Assembly: GCA_900316685.1 (NCBI GenBank)
Contig: ONDS01000012.1
Span: 9,920 to 73,919, forward strand
Direction of reading: 5' to 3'
Source of the DNA: an uncultured Prevotellaceae bacterium
Lineage (GTDB): Bacteria; Bacteroidota; Bacteroidia; Bacteroidales; Bacteroidaceae
DNA length: 64,000 bases
In this document: in pieces, positions 10,140 through 20,050 of the stretch
Layout: the number at the start of each line of letters is the position of its first letter
Numbering within the stretch: position 1 is the first letter of the stretch
The notes under the pieces: model-generated
Seen by the model: the letters and a program-made list of their open reading frames with translations, nothing else
Told to the model about the DNA's origin: nothing
Database searches by the model: none
Position numbers and translations under genes: made by a program

Positions 10140-10919
10140 ATGAAAAAATTTTTTTCCATCCTCCTCATGACATTTGTGGCCTTCACCGCTACAGCACAAA
10201 GCACCGCCACATGTCCTACAACAGGTGAGAACATCACCATTACTGCCAACGGCGTTATGTTTACCATGGTCTTTGTCAAAGGGGACACCTTCACTATGGG
10301 AGCCACAGCCGAGCAGGGGAGCAAAGCCGATGCAGACGAGAAACCCGCCCATAGCGTCACGCTCTCCGACTACTACATCGGCGAGACCGAGGTGACGCAG
10401 GCACTGTGGATGGCTGTCATGGGCGAAAACAACCCATCGGAATACAAAGGTCCGGGGTTGCCCGTAGAACTGGTGTCATGGGAAGACTGCGATTTCTTCA
10501 TCGACAAACTCAACGCCCTCACCGGCATGAAGTTCCGGCTCCCCACCGAAGCGGAATGGGAATATGCGGCCCGGGGCGGCAACAAGAGCCACGGCTATAA
10601 ATATGCGGGCAGTAACGACATCGCTTCCGTGGCTTGGTATGAAAGCAACAGCGACGAAAAGACACACCCCGTGAAGCTGAAGGCACCCAACGAACTGGGT
10701 CTTTACGACATGACTGGCAACGTGTGGGAATGGTGTTTCGACGGCTATGGCCCCTACAGCAGCGCCCCACAGACGAACCCGCAGGGCATCGACGACGCCG
10801 AGGCCAACTCGAGCCGTGGAGGCAGCTTCATCAACAGTCCCGATGATAGCCGCGTATCGGCACGCAGTTACTCTCCCGGCTACATCTCCTCCGGTCTCGG
10901 CTTCCGCCTCGCGATGTAA
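10140..10919 (+). CDS. Exported FGE-sulfatase (SUMF1, CLec-fold) domain protein
   Basis: Signal peptide ending ATA-Q; FTMG, IGETEVTQ, RLPTEAEWEYAARGG, PNELGLYDMTGNVWEWC, RGGS, GFRL. Confidence 0.92.
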   Translation: MKKFFSILLMTFVAFTATAQSTATCPTTGENITITANGVMFTMVFVKGDTFTMGATAEQGSKADADEKPAHSVTLSDYYIGETEVTQALWMAVMGENNPSEYKGPGLPVELVSWEDCDFFIDKLNALTGMKFRLPTEAEWEYAARGGNKSHGYKYAGSNDIASVAWYESNSDEKTHPVKLKAPNELGLYDMTGNVWEWCFDGYGPYSSAPQTNPQGIDDAEANSSRGGSFINSPDDSRVSARSYSPGYISSGLGFRLAM

Positions 10920-10959
10920 ACCACCCGCCCCCTCAAATACGTAATCAGCAGTACGTGCC

Positions 10960-13848
10960 ATGACAAGGACTGTTTTCATCTTGATGGCTTTCCTCTTATC
11001 CTTCCTTCCCTGCTGTGCCCAGACAGGGGCGCAGTTGCAGGAATGGATGCAGAGGGGGCAGTCAGCTGCTGAACAGGGTAACTATCAAGAGGCCATCCCC
11101 TATTTTGAGAACCTTTGTGCGGCCATGAAGGAACAATACGGAGTGGGAAACGAAGCCTATGGTCTAACCTGTCACACCCTATCCACGTTTTATTCCCATA
11201 TTGGCGATTACGCCAAAGCCGTGGAGGTGGAAACGAAAGCCTTGGAAAGTTACAAGTTGGTTTTTGGCGAAAACCATTCCAGTTATGCATCCATCTTGAG
11301 CAATGTAGCCGGATACTATGCCGATCTGGGTGATTACGGAAAGGCTTTGGAAATGGGTTCAAAGGCTTTGGATATATGCAAGACAGCACTCGGTGAGAAC
11401 CATCCCAACTACGCCACGGCCATGGCGAATCTCGCTGGCTATTTTTATGACCTCGGCGATTATGCCAAGGCGGTGGAATTGGGGACAAAAGCCATGGAAA
11501 TCCGCAAGGACATACTTGGAGAGGACAATATTTACTATGCCATGTCGCTGAACAATATAGCCAGCTATTATTCCGAATTGGGCGACAATACGAAGGCGGT
11601 GGAATTGGGCACGAAAGCCATGGAAATCTATAAAGCCGTACTCGGGGAAGATCATCCTGATTACGCTACGACACTGAGCAACCTGGCTGGCTATCATGAC
11701 CGATTGGGCAACTACGACAAGGCTGTGGAGTTGGGAACACAGACCGTGGTCATCTATAAGGCCTCCTTCGGCAACAATCATCCCATGGTGGCCACAGCCC
11801 TGAACAATGCCGCCACTTATTGTTCCCATCTCGGCGACTACGACACGGCGGTGAAGGCCGGGACAATGGCATTGGAGATACGAAAGGCCACTTTCGGGGA
11901 GAACCACCCTGCTTACGCCACGACACTGTGCAACCTCGCTAGTTATTTTTTCGAAACCAACAACTACGCCAAAGCCTTGGAATTGGCAACGAAAGCCATG
12001 GAGATCCGCAAGGCCGTACTTGGAGAGAACCATCCCGACTATGCCTCGTCGTTGGCTATCCTCGCCTATTGCCATCAAGACCTCGGCAATTATGCCAAAT
12101 GCCTTGAATACTACAGCGAGAATATCAACCTACTCCAGTCGAACACCCTCCGACAATTTGCCAGTCTGACAGCAGCCCAGCGAACGATGCTTTGGGATAA
12201 GGACTCCTATCAGTTCACCGACTTTTATCCTCTGATGGTTTACCAATCACATGCCACCACTGCTGCCGACCTTTACGACAAGTCGGCGCTCTTTGCCAAG
12301 GGTCTGCTCCTCTCCACAGAGATAGAGATGAACCGACTTATCCAAGAGAGTGGCGATGCCGAGGCATTGAAGATGTTTGAGGAACTGACCCTCAACCGAC
12401 TGCAACTGCAAAAACTCTATGAGACACCTATAGCGGAACGGTTTGTCGACACCGACTCGCTGGAACAAGTCGTCAACCAGCAAGAGCAGGCTTTGGTGAA
12501 GCGTTCGAAGGAATATGGCGACTTCACCCGCAAGTTGCGCACCACATGGAAAGACGTACAAAAAGCACTGAAAAAAAACGAGATAGCCATCGAATTCCTG
12601 TCGTTCCCTGTCGAAGGTACCGACAGCACGATGCTGGCAGCACTCACCCTGCGCAAAGACGACAAAGCGCCGAAATTCATACCTCTATTTGAACAAAGGC
12701 AATTGCAAGAGGTGAGCGACCAACAATACTATCATTGCCCAGAACTCACCGCCTTAGTGTGGCAGCCCATGCAACAGGAGCTGCAAGGGGTAAAGCGCAT
12801 CTATTTCTCCCCCTCTGGGGTACTACATAATATCGGAATAGAATATGCGCCAGGGATGGAGAACTATGAGATGTACAGGCTGTCGACGACGAGGGAGGTG
12901 ATTGATAGCCATAATACCCACCCCGGCCCTCCCGAAGGGAGGGTGAGCGCTACCACCCCTGACCCCTCCTTCCCGAAGGAGGGGAGGGGAGTTACCCCGA
13001 CGGCGGCGCTTTTCGGCGGCATCGATTACAACGCTTCGTCGGGTGGAGATTCCCCCTCCCAAGGAGGGGGGCTGGGGGAGGCTTCCATAGCCCTCCACCG
13101 CAGTCTCATCGATAGCCTGAGCGTGCGCGGCATGACCGCCTCGTATCTCCCATTCACACTGTCGGAAGTGCAGGCTATCAAGGCTTCGTTCGACAAAAAG
13201 AACCATTCGACCAATATCACCACTGGCACTGCAGCCACGGAAGCATCGGTAAAAGCACTTTCCGAACATGCACCGAGGATCCTGCACATCGCCACGCATG
13301 GGTTCTACTTTACTGAGAAACAGGCAAAGGGTAGGAAGAAACTTCACTTCCTCGCCCAACACGACTCCCCCTCCTTGGGAGGGGGGCAGGGGGAGGCTTC
13401 CTCCGAAGACAAAGCACTCACCCGCAGCGGACTGCTCCTGGCGGGGGCCAATGCCACAATGAAGGGCAAGACCGTACCCCAAGGTGAGGAAGACGGCATC
13501 CTCACGGCACAGGAGATTTCTCATCTCGACCTGCGTGGACTCGATCTGGTGGTGCTCTCGGCGTGCAAGACAGGCACAGGCGACATCAACCAAGGCGAAG
13601 GGGTCTTCGGTCTACAACGTGGATTCAAGAAAGCGGGTGCACAAACACTCGTCATGAGTTTGTGGGAGGTGAACGATGAAGCCACGCAGATTCTCATGAC
13701 TGCATTCTACGACAACATGATGCAGGGACAGCCGAAACACGCCGCCTTCCATCAGGCACAACACACGCTGCGTCAATATGTCGACAGCGAAGGCAACCAC
13801 CTCTTCGATGAACCACAGTTCTGGGCGGCATTCATTTTATTGGATTAA
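10960..13848 (+). CDS. Exported TPR-repeat + CHAT (caspase-like protease) protein, copy 1
   Basis: Signal peptide ending CCA-Q; about eight 42-aa TPR units; LHIATHG and VLSACKTG catalytic His/Cys motifs; SLWEVND, WAAFILLD. Confidence 0.92.
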   Translation: MTRTVFILMAFLLSFLPCCAQTGAQLQEWMQRGQSAAEQGNYQEAIPYFENLCAAMKEQYGVGNEAYGLTCHTLSTFYSHIGDYAKAVEVETKALESYKLVFGENHSSYASILSNVAGYYADLGDYGKALEMGSKALDICKTALGENHPNYATAMANLAGYFYDLGDYAKAVELGTKAMEIRKDILGEDNIYYAMSLNNIASYYSELGDNTKAVELGTKAMEIYKAVLGEDHPDYATTLSNLAGYHDRLGNYDKAVELGTQTVVIYKASFGNNHPMVATALNNAATYCSHLGDYDTAVKAGTMALEIRKATFGENHPAYATTLCNLASYFFETNNYAKALELATKAMEIRKAVLGENHPDYASSLAILAYCHQDLGNYAKCLEYYSENINLLQSNTLRQFASLTAAQRTMLWDKDSYQFTDFYPLMVYQSHATTAADLYDKSALFAKGLLLSTEIEMNRLIQESGDAEALKMFEELTLNRLQLQKLYETPIAERFVDTDSLEQVVNQQEQALVKRSKEYGDFTRKLRTTWKDVQKALKKNEIAIEFLSFPVEGTDSTMLAALTLRKDDKAPKFIPLFEQRQLQEVSDQQYYHCPELTALVWQPMQQELQGVKRIYFSPSGVLHNIGIEYAPGMENYEMYRLSTTREVIDSHNTHPGPPEGRVSATTPDPSFPKEGRGVTPTAALFGGIDYNASSGGDSPSQGGGLGEASIALHRSLIDSLSVRGMTASYLPFTLSEVQAIKASFDKKNHSTNITTGTAATEASVKALSEHAPRILHIATHGFYFTEKQAKGRKKLHFLAQHDSPSLGGGQGEASSEDKALTRSGLLLAGANATMKGKTVPQGEEDGILTAQEISHLDLRGLDLVVLSACKTGTGDINQGEGVFGLQRGFKKAGAQTLVMSLWEVNDEATQILMTAFYDNMMQGQPKHAAFHQAQHTLRQYVDSEGNHLFDEPQFWAAFILLD

Positions 13849-13882
13849 ACATTAGATTTTACACCAATAACCAAGTTTAATT

Positions 13883-14440
13883 ATGAAAAAGATCATTTTA
13901 TCGTTGACCATCACCGCACTGGCAGCTTTCTGCGTATCAGCTTGCAAGCCTAAAACAGCCGAACCGACGGAGAAAGCTGAGAGCACAAAGGCAACAACAA
14001 CCGTGAACCTCACATCCGACAACCTGAAGTCGCTGATAGATGCCGACGACTGGGGCGCAGTACCGCAGGCATTGCTTGACTCCATGGGCATCAAGATGCT
14101 GAATTCTTTCAAACAAGAAGTGAAAGATGCACAGTGTGACGTCTTACAATACTATTATGGTAAAGGAGCATCGGTGGAGCTTGACAAGGAAGGTGAGCTG
14201 ACCAAGGTAACAGCCAACGACGAACATGCTGTTGTCCTCTACCTCACAGCCGAATCGGTAGCTTATGGCACCATTGCTTTCCGTAGCGAGGCCGACTATA
14301 ATGACTTCGTAAAGAAAGTCACCCAGAAGCCGGGTACAGAAGAAGGGCTGGAGTTTGAGGCCCAAGGCAAGAACACCGAGGAAATGACGGGATATGAGGC
14401 CGGCAAATGGTTCATCGTGGGGTTCACCAACGACAAATAA
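13883..14440 (+). CDS. Hypothetical lipoprotein
   Basis: Lipobox-like VSA-C followed by a K/E/T-rich linker. Confidence 0.8.
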   Translation: MKKIILSLTITALAAFCVSACKPKTAEPTEKAESTKATTTVNLTSDNLKSLIDADDWGAVPQALLDSMGIKMLNSFKQEVKDAQCDVLQYYYGKGASVELDKEGELTKVTANDEHAVVLYLTAESVAYGTIAFRSEADYNDFVKKVTQKPGTEEGLEFEAQGKNTEEMTGYEAGKWFIVGFTNDK

Positions 14441-14469
14441 TGCTGTATACGGTATTATAACATGAAATG

Positions 14470-14505
14470 GCAGCAGGCGGTCGGCACGACCGCCTGCTGT
14501 TTGTT
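14470..14505. terminator. Terminator hairpin between the lipoprotein gene and the convergent AraC gene
   Basis: CAGCAGGCGGTCG-GCA-CGACCGCCTGCTG followed by a T-rich tail. Confidence 0.75.
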
Positions 14506-14518
14506 TCTACATACATCA

Positions 14519-15619
14519 TCAAGAGGGGTTGCCCTGTTTCTTCTGTCTGTATTCCACCACCGTCATTCCCGTAACCTTGGTGAAGACACGGTAGAAATAA
14601 GGACGGTCGTTGAACCCCGTCAGTCTTATGACATCTATGATTTTTATCGAGGGATTCTCGTCGAGGAGTCGCTTCGCCTCCTCGATTCGTGTGCGTATAC
14701 GCCAACTGCGGAAGTCCTCTCCCATGTGGTTGGTGAAATACTCGCGTAATGTGCTGCTGTCGGTGTCCAATTGCTTGGCTATCTCCTCCACCGACTTGTC
14801 GGTCTCTGCAAATTTCTTTTGGCGCACCCATTCATCTATCTTTGCCGTAAGCACCTCAAAATCGGCCTTCGTTGCCGGTATTTGGGTCGGTTCCACAGAT
14901 TCTGGGGTGTTGACGGCACGAGAGATAAGTTGGGAATACTGTTGGTAATTGATGAACGAGATGGTGATGAACAGGAAATAAGCCGTAAAGAGGCAGGTCA
15001 ACAACAGGTTGACGTAATGGCTGTCGATGACGAGCAACAACGCCATAACGCCCACCATCAACGCCGACCAGAAAGTCCACTGTATCCAACGCAGCCGATA
15101 GAGCAATTCGTCTTCCTCGTAAAAGTCCATCATCTGTTTCCTGAACACTTGATAGTTCTTCACATATACATAAGTATATGCCGCCAAAAGCATTACATAA
15201 ACACAAATATATACGTAATATATAATGTAGAAAAGGTGAAGGGGAAACATGAAACGTGCCACCAGCAGGAAGGCCGACACCAGCAGGATGAACGCCAACT
15301 GAATCATCACATTGCGCAAGGTGACCACGGAAGGACGAATGAAGACGAGAGCCACCATGGTAAACATCATGGCACAAATGCTGCCAATGCAAACCATCAT
15401 CGCCCCAGTGAGCGCCTCTTCCTTGCCGTCGGACTCCATGCCTACCTGCAAGAGATTCGCCAAACCGAAGACGACAAATGCGACGCACAAACACCAGCGC
15501 GCCGTGCTATATTTCTTGAACATTTCATCCTGGCGGATGGAAATGCCCGAAAGCACCACAGCAAGCATGATGGACGTGACACCACACGCGAAGAGTGTAA
15601 GATAATAATAAAATGGCAT
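14519..15619 (-). CDS. Membrane-embedded AraC-family transcriptional regulator
   Basis: About seven hydrophobic segments followed by an AraC HTH (RIEEAKRLL, GFNDRPYFYRVFTKVTGMT). Confidence 0.9.
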   Translation of the reverse strand: MPFYYYLTLFACGVTSIMLAVVLSGISIRQDEMFKKYSTARWCLCVAFVVFGLANLLQVGMESDGKEEALTGAMMVCIGSICAMMFTMVALVFIRPSVVTLRNVMIQLAFILLVSAFLLVARFMFPLHLFYIIYYVYICVYVMLLAAYTYVYVKNYQVFRKQMMDFYEEDELLYRLRWIQWTFWSALMVGVMALLLVIDSHYVNLLLTCLFTAYFLFITISFINYQQYSQLISRAVNTPESVEPTQIPATKADFEVLTAKIDEWVRQKKFAETDKSVEEIAKQLDTDSSTLREYFTNHMGEDFRSWRIRTRIEEAKRLLDENPSIKIIDVIRLTGFNDRPYFYRVFTKVTGMTVVEYRQKKQGNPS

Positions 15620-15754
15620 ACTTCAATGCTGTATTACACTTTTGGAAAGTGGTATGCAAAGGTAATGTTTTTTCATAAAAGAAGAAAAGAAACAGAGAAG
15701 AAAAACAAGAATTTATGCCATCAGCAATAAGGCAGGAATGAAAACGACTGAAAG

Positions 15755-15827
15755 TGTGTACTTTTGTCGTAACTCCAAAAATCCACACTCATATTTTTGC
15801 CGAATTAATGAATAATCCATATATTTG
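15755..15827 (+). promoter_or_regulatory. Second copy of the operator plus promoter
   Basis: TGTGTACTTTTGT-N7-CCAAAAATCCACA (15755-15787), TTTG 15796-15799, TATATTTG 15820-15827; same offsets as at 9988. Confidence 0.75.
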
Positions 15828-15896
15828 CAAAAACCAAACTCACCCTTTGTTTAGGATTTTTTGAACCACGGATTTATCAACAATCAACAAACGACT

Positions 15897-16511
15897 ATGA
15901 AGCAATCATCCAAGAGAAACACCCTGTTTTCCATCATCGCAGTGGGAATGGTGTTCGTTTCGTGTACAAGCAAAGCACCTGTTAAAGAACAACAAAGTGA
16001 CGAACCCTCCGTAACGGTAGCCGACAGCAACCTTGTTGTGGCGGCAGACAACAACCTCAAGGCGCACCAGGAAGACATACGGGCGCTATGGGAATCAGCC
16101 ATAGGCGAAGGCAAGGAAATAGCCAAGTTCGCCCTGGCGAAGGACTACGTGTTCCTGAGCACCAAGGACGGCAAGGATGGTCTGCTCCTCTCGTTCTACA
16201 AAGACGCGAAAGACATCGACAATTTCGATGGCATCGCCGTGAAGGGAGGCCAGGAACTATCATTCCAAGGTGATGCACTGGTGCTGAAAGAGAAAACCGA
16301 TGCTGGCGACAAGACCACCTATTTCAGTAAAACGGAGCATGAGGGCTTCAACGAACTGTTCACCATGACGGAGAAAGATGGAAAGAAGACTTACACCAAT
16401 GACCTTGACGAGCCTTATGACGAGAAAGAGGCCCAATCTTTCATCGACAAGATAAGCAAAGCCGCAGCAGAGCCGCTCATCGGAGTAATGAGTGCTTGGA
16501 ACAACCTGTAA
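15897..16511 (+). CDS. Hypothetical lipoprotein
   Basis: MKQSSKRN...VFVS-C lipoprotein signal; start at ATG 15897. Confidence 0.8.
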   Translation: MKQSSKRNTLFSIIAVGMVFVSCTSKAPVKEQQSDEPSVTVADSNLVVAADNNLKAHQEDIRALWESAIGEGKEIAKFALAKDYVFLSTKDGKDGLLLSFYKDAKDIDNFDGIAVKGGQELSFQGDALVLKEKTDAGDKTTYFSKTEHEGFNELFTMTEKDGKKTYTNDLDEPYDEKEAQSFIDKISKAAAEPLIGVMSAWNNL

Positions 16512-16538
16512 TTTGAGTGGCGGCTACCCTAAACCCTC

Positions 16539-18197
16539 TCAATACTTGAACGAGCTGCCGCCGAGGAATTCGCGCAAAAGCGAGGTTGGGGGCAGCTGCT
16601 TATAGGGTATGGGGGTGATATAACGTAGGAATTTCTTCAGGCGGTAGGCCTCGGAATATTCGTCGGAGCGCTCGGGCACCAGTTCGAGCAACGGCTCAGC
16701 CTGTTGGCGTATCACCGACAGTTCGTAAATCATCGCTGTGTTGAACATCTCGTCGGCATTCTCTTGGAAGGGGAAGATCCATTTCTGTTCGCCCGCCCTG
16801 ACCGACGGCCATCGGCGGATGGTTTCCTCGGCGCTCACCCCACGGTATTTATAGTCGCGGATGATGCGTCGCAGGAGGCGATTGTCGGTGGTGGGAATGT
16901 AATTGTGGCGGTCGAGCAGGATGGTGGTGAGTGCCGAGGCATACACCCTGAATTTCTGTTCCTCAGGCACCTGTTTGGTCAGCTCGGGATTCAGCGCATG
17001 GATACCCTCGATGACGAGCACCTCATTGGCTTTGAGCCGCAGTTTCTTGCCTTTCTCCTTGGCACCTTTCTGGAAATTATACTTAGGCATCTGCACCTCC
17101 TCGCCATGCAGCAGCGCGTTGAGGGTGTTGTTGAGCAGCGGTATGTCGAGCGCATAGAGACTCTCGAAATCATAGTCGCCCGACGCGTCGCGCGGCGTGT
17201 CCTCTCGGTCGAGGAAGAAATCGTCGAGTGATATCATGATGGGCTGTAAGCCGTTGCACAGCAACTGTATGGACAGCCGTTTGCAGGTGGTGGTCTTGCC
17301 GCTCGACGACGGTCCGGCGATGAGCACCACGCGCACACCCTCACGGTTGGCTATCTGTTCGGCGATATGGGCGATTTTCTTCTCTTGTAGGGCTTCCGAC
17401 ACATTGACGATATCGGTGGCGTGACCTGCCTTCACCGCCTCGTTGAAATCGCCTACGGTGGTCATACCCAGGATATCCTGCCAGCGATGGTGCTCTTGGA
17501 AGATGCCGAACATCTTGTCTTGCCGTATCAATTCGCCCAGCACCGTCGGGTCGTTGCGCAGCGGCAGGCGCAACAGGATGCCATCGTAGTATTTCACCAC
17601 ATCGAAGAGGTGCAGCTGGCGGGTGTTGACGAGCAAGGCGCCATAATAATGGTCGGCATAGCCGTCGATGTCGTAGTAGGTGGTATAAAGCCGTCCTGTG
17701 GTGCGGAGCAGTTTGGCCTTGGAGTTGGTGCCATGTTGTTCGAAGATACGTATGGCCTCGTCGGTGGGACACTCATGCCTGTTGATGACATGTGCGGCGG
17801 CGATGATCTCCTGCATCCGCCGGCGTATGGCATCCACATCTTCGGTGGTGAGCGTATGGCCGATATTCAGGTCGCAGTAGTATCCATTGCTCACGGGTAT
17901 GTCGATCATCACCTCTGAGGAAGGATAAAGGTCGTGCACCGCTTTGCAGAGCACGAAGAACAAGGTGCGTGTGTAAGCACGATGCCCCGAGGCATCGGTG
18001 ATGTCGAGAAATTCTACATCCTTGTCGTGAAACACCGTGAAATCCATGCCCACCACCTTGTTGTTCACCTTGGCACTCGTGGGCCCGTAAGGCATTTCCA
18101 GTCCAAAAGCCGGAAAAATTTCAGAAAGTGTGCTACCGATTGGGAAATTCAGAGTTTTTTTATTATTTTTGCAGCGGATTTTTATTGTCTTGTTCAT
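16539..18197 (-). CDS. Nucleoside/uridine kinase with ThrRS-like N-terminal region
   Basis: IAGPSSSGKTT P-loop, SLDDFF, IEGIHALN, RD...RG; TGS/ThrRS-like N-terminus. Confidence 0.88.
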   Translation of the reverse strand: MNKTIKIRCKNNKKTLNFPIGSTLSEIFPAFGLEMPYGPTSAKVNNKVVGMDFTVFHDKDVEFLDITDASGHRAYTRTLFFVLCKAVHDLYPSSEVMIDIPVSNGYYCDLNIGHTLTTEDVDAIRRRMQEIIAAAHVINRHECPTDEAIRIFEQHGTNSKAKLLRTTGRLYTTYYDIDGYADHYYGALLVNTRQLHLFDVVKYYDGILLRLPLRNDPTVLGELIRQDKMFGIFQEHHRWQDILGMTTVGDFNEAVKAGHATDIVNVSEALQEKKIAHIAEQIANREGVRVVLIAGPSSSGKTTTCKRLSIQLLCNGLQPIMISLDDFFLDREDTPRDASGDYDFESLYALDIPLLNNTLNALLHGEEVQMPKYNFQKGAKEKGKKLRLKANEVLVIEGIHALNPELTKQVPEEQKFRVYASALTTILLDRHNYIPTTDNRLLRRIIRDYKYRGVSAEETIRRWPSVRAGEQKWIFPFQENADEMFNTAMIYELSVIRQQAEPLLELVPERSDEYSEAYRLKKFLRYITPIPYKQLPPTSLLREFLGGSSFKY

Positions 18198-18287
18198 GGT
18201 TGTATATGACTATAGTGTTTAACGCCGTGTAAAGGTAGTAAAAAAATCTGAAACCATCGACCATCATAAGAAAAAAAGAAATATTTT

Positions 18288-19994
18288 ATGTCGATTTGGA
18301 TAATTTTCAAACTCATCGGATCGCTCGCCCTGCTCATGTATGGCATGAAAGCCATGAGCGATAGTTTGCAAAAAATGGCGGGTCCGCAACTGCGCCACGT
18401 GCTTGGCGCCATGACCACCAACCGTTTCACTGGTTTGTTCACCGGTATGTTCGTTACGGCGGCGGTTCAATCGTCAACGGCCACCACCCTCATGATGGTG
18501 TCGTTTGTCAACGCAGGCCTGTTCACACTTATCCAGGCCATTGCCGTCATCATGGGTGCCCATATCGGAACGACCGTCACGGCATGGATCATGAGTTTGG
18601 GATTCTCGTTCAATATCACTCCCTTCGTCTATTTCGCCTTCTTCTTCGGCATTATCCTCATCTATATGAAGAAATACCGTATCATCGGCGATTTCCTCTT
18701 CGGTGTGGCCTTCTTCTTCCTTGGATTGGGCACGCTGGAGATGACAGGACAAGAAGTGATGGCATCCGACACGGCAGGTAGCATCAGGGCCTTCTTCGAC
18801 ACCTTCAGTGGTGGGGAGATATGGAATGTACTCTTATTGCTCGTTGTGGGTACGGTGCTCACGCTCGGCGTACAGTCGTCGTCGGCCATCATCGCCATCA
18901 CCATGGCGCTATGCTCTACAGGACTGATGTCTGTCGAACAAGGTGTGGTGCTCGTGCTGGGAGTGAACATCGGAACGACCATCACCACCAACATCGTGGC
19001 CATCAAGGCCAATACCCAGGCCCGACGGGCCGCCTTCGCCCATTTGGCCATCAACTGCATCGGCGTGATCTGGATGATTTTCTTGCTGAAACCGTTTTTC
19101 AACATGATATGTCAGTTGGTAGGTTTCGACCCAGGCATGTCGCCCGCCGACTCGGCCTTCCCCATGAAAGCCACCTTCGTATTGGCTGCCTTCCACTCGG
19201 CCTTCAACATCGCCAACACCTTGTTGCTTATTTGGTTTATACCGCAGATTGAGATGTTGGTCTCTAAAATCATCAAACCTAAGAAACAGGATGATGAAGA
19301 GGACTTCCGCTTGCATTTCATCACCTCGGGCATCATGAAGACCCCCGAGCTGTCGGTGCTGGAGGCACAAAAAGAAATACGCTCCTTCTCGGAGCGCATC
19401 CAGCGCATGTTCGGCATGGTGCAGACACTGCTCACCGAGAAGAACGAACAGGAGTTTGGCAAGCTCTTCACCCGCATAGAGAAATACGAGGACATCAGTG
19501 ATAATATGGAGTTGGAGATAGCCAAATATCTCGACCATGTGGGCGATGCCCATCTCTCCGACGACACCAAGGGCAAGATACGCGCCATGCTACGTGAGAT
19601 CAGCGAGTTGGAGAGCATCGGCGACTCCTGTTATAACATAGCCCGCACCATCAACCGCAAATTCACTGGCAAGGAAGATCATTTCAACGAGAAGCAATAC
19701 GAGCGTATCCACCAGATGTTCACCCTCACCGACTCGGCACTCACACAGATGAACGTACTCATGGGCGGCAGGAAAGAAGCTTTCGACGTGAACCGCTCAT
19801 TCAACATCGAGGATGAGATCAACAACTACCGCAACCAGCTCAAGAAGCAGAACATCATCGATGTGAACAACCACGAATACACCTATGCCGAGGGCACTAT
19901 CTACATGGACATCGTCAATGAGTGTGAGAAACTCGGCGACTATGTGGTCAATGTAGTCGAGGCCCGTATGGGTTTGCGACAGAAAGAGAGTTAA
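18288..19994 (+). CDS. Na/Pi cotransporter family protein with PhoU-like C-terminus
   Basis: Two QSS(S/T)A repeats, GAHIGTT/GVNIGTT, ELESIGD and ECEKLGD PhoU motifs. Confidence 0.92.
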   Translation: MSIWIIFKLIGSLALLMYGMKAMSDSLQKMAGPQLRHVLGAMTTNRFTGLFTGMFVTAAVQSSTATTLMMVSFVNAGLFTLIQAIAVIMGAHIGTTVTAWIMSLGFSFNITPFVYFAFFFGIILIYMKKYRIIGDFLFGVAFFFLGLGTLEMTGQEVMASDTAGSIRAFFDTFSGGEIWNVLLLLVVGTVLTLGVQSSSAIIAITMALCSTGLMSVEQGVVLVLGVNIGTTITTNIVAIKANTQARRAAFAHLAINCIGVIWMIFLLKPFFNMICQLVGFDPGMSPADSAFPMKATFVLAAFHSAFNIANTLLLIWFIPQIEMLVSKIIKPKKQDDEEDFRLHFITSGIMKTPELSVLEAQKEIRSFSERIQRMFGMVQTLLTEKNEQEFGKLFTRIEKYEDISDNMELEIAKYLDHVGDAHLSDDTKGKIRAMLREISELESIGDSCYNIARTINRKFTGKEDHFNEKQYERIHQMFTLTDSALTQMNVLMGGRKEAFDVNRSFNIEDEINNYRNQLKKQNIIDVNNHEYTYAEGTIYMDIVNECEKLGDYVVNVVEARMGLRQKES

Positions 19995-20030
19995 GGGGGG
20001 AGCCTCCCCCCCCCTCCCAAGGAGGGGGAG
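19995..20030. repeat. Free-standing REP-like palindrome between convergent genes
   Basis: AGCCTCCCCCCCCCTCC-CAA-GGAGGGGG, the same element found in frame in both CHAT genes. Confidence 0.75.
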
Positions 20031-20050
20031 AAAGGAGCAAGAGAATAGTC

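Noticed and set aside
10140-13848. Complete DGR or type III-E CRISPR-associated Craspase locus
   Set aside because: No reverse transcriptase, template repeat, Cas7-11 or array is visible; the CHAT proteins carry signal peptides
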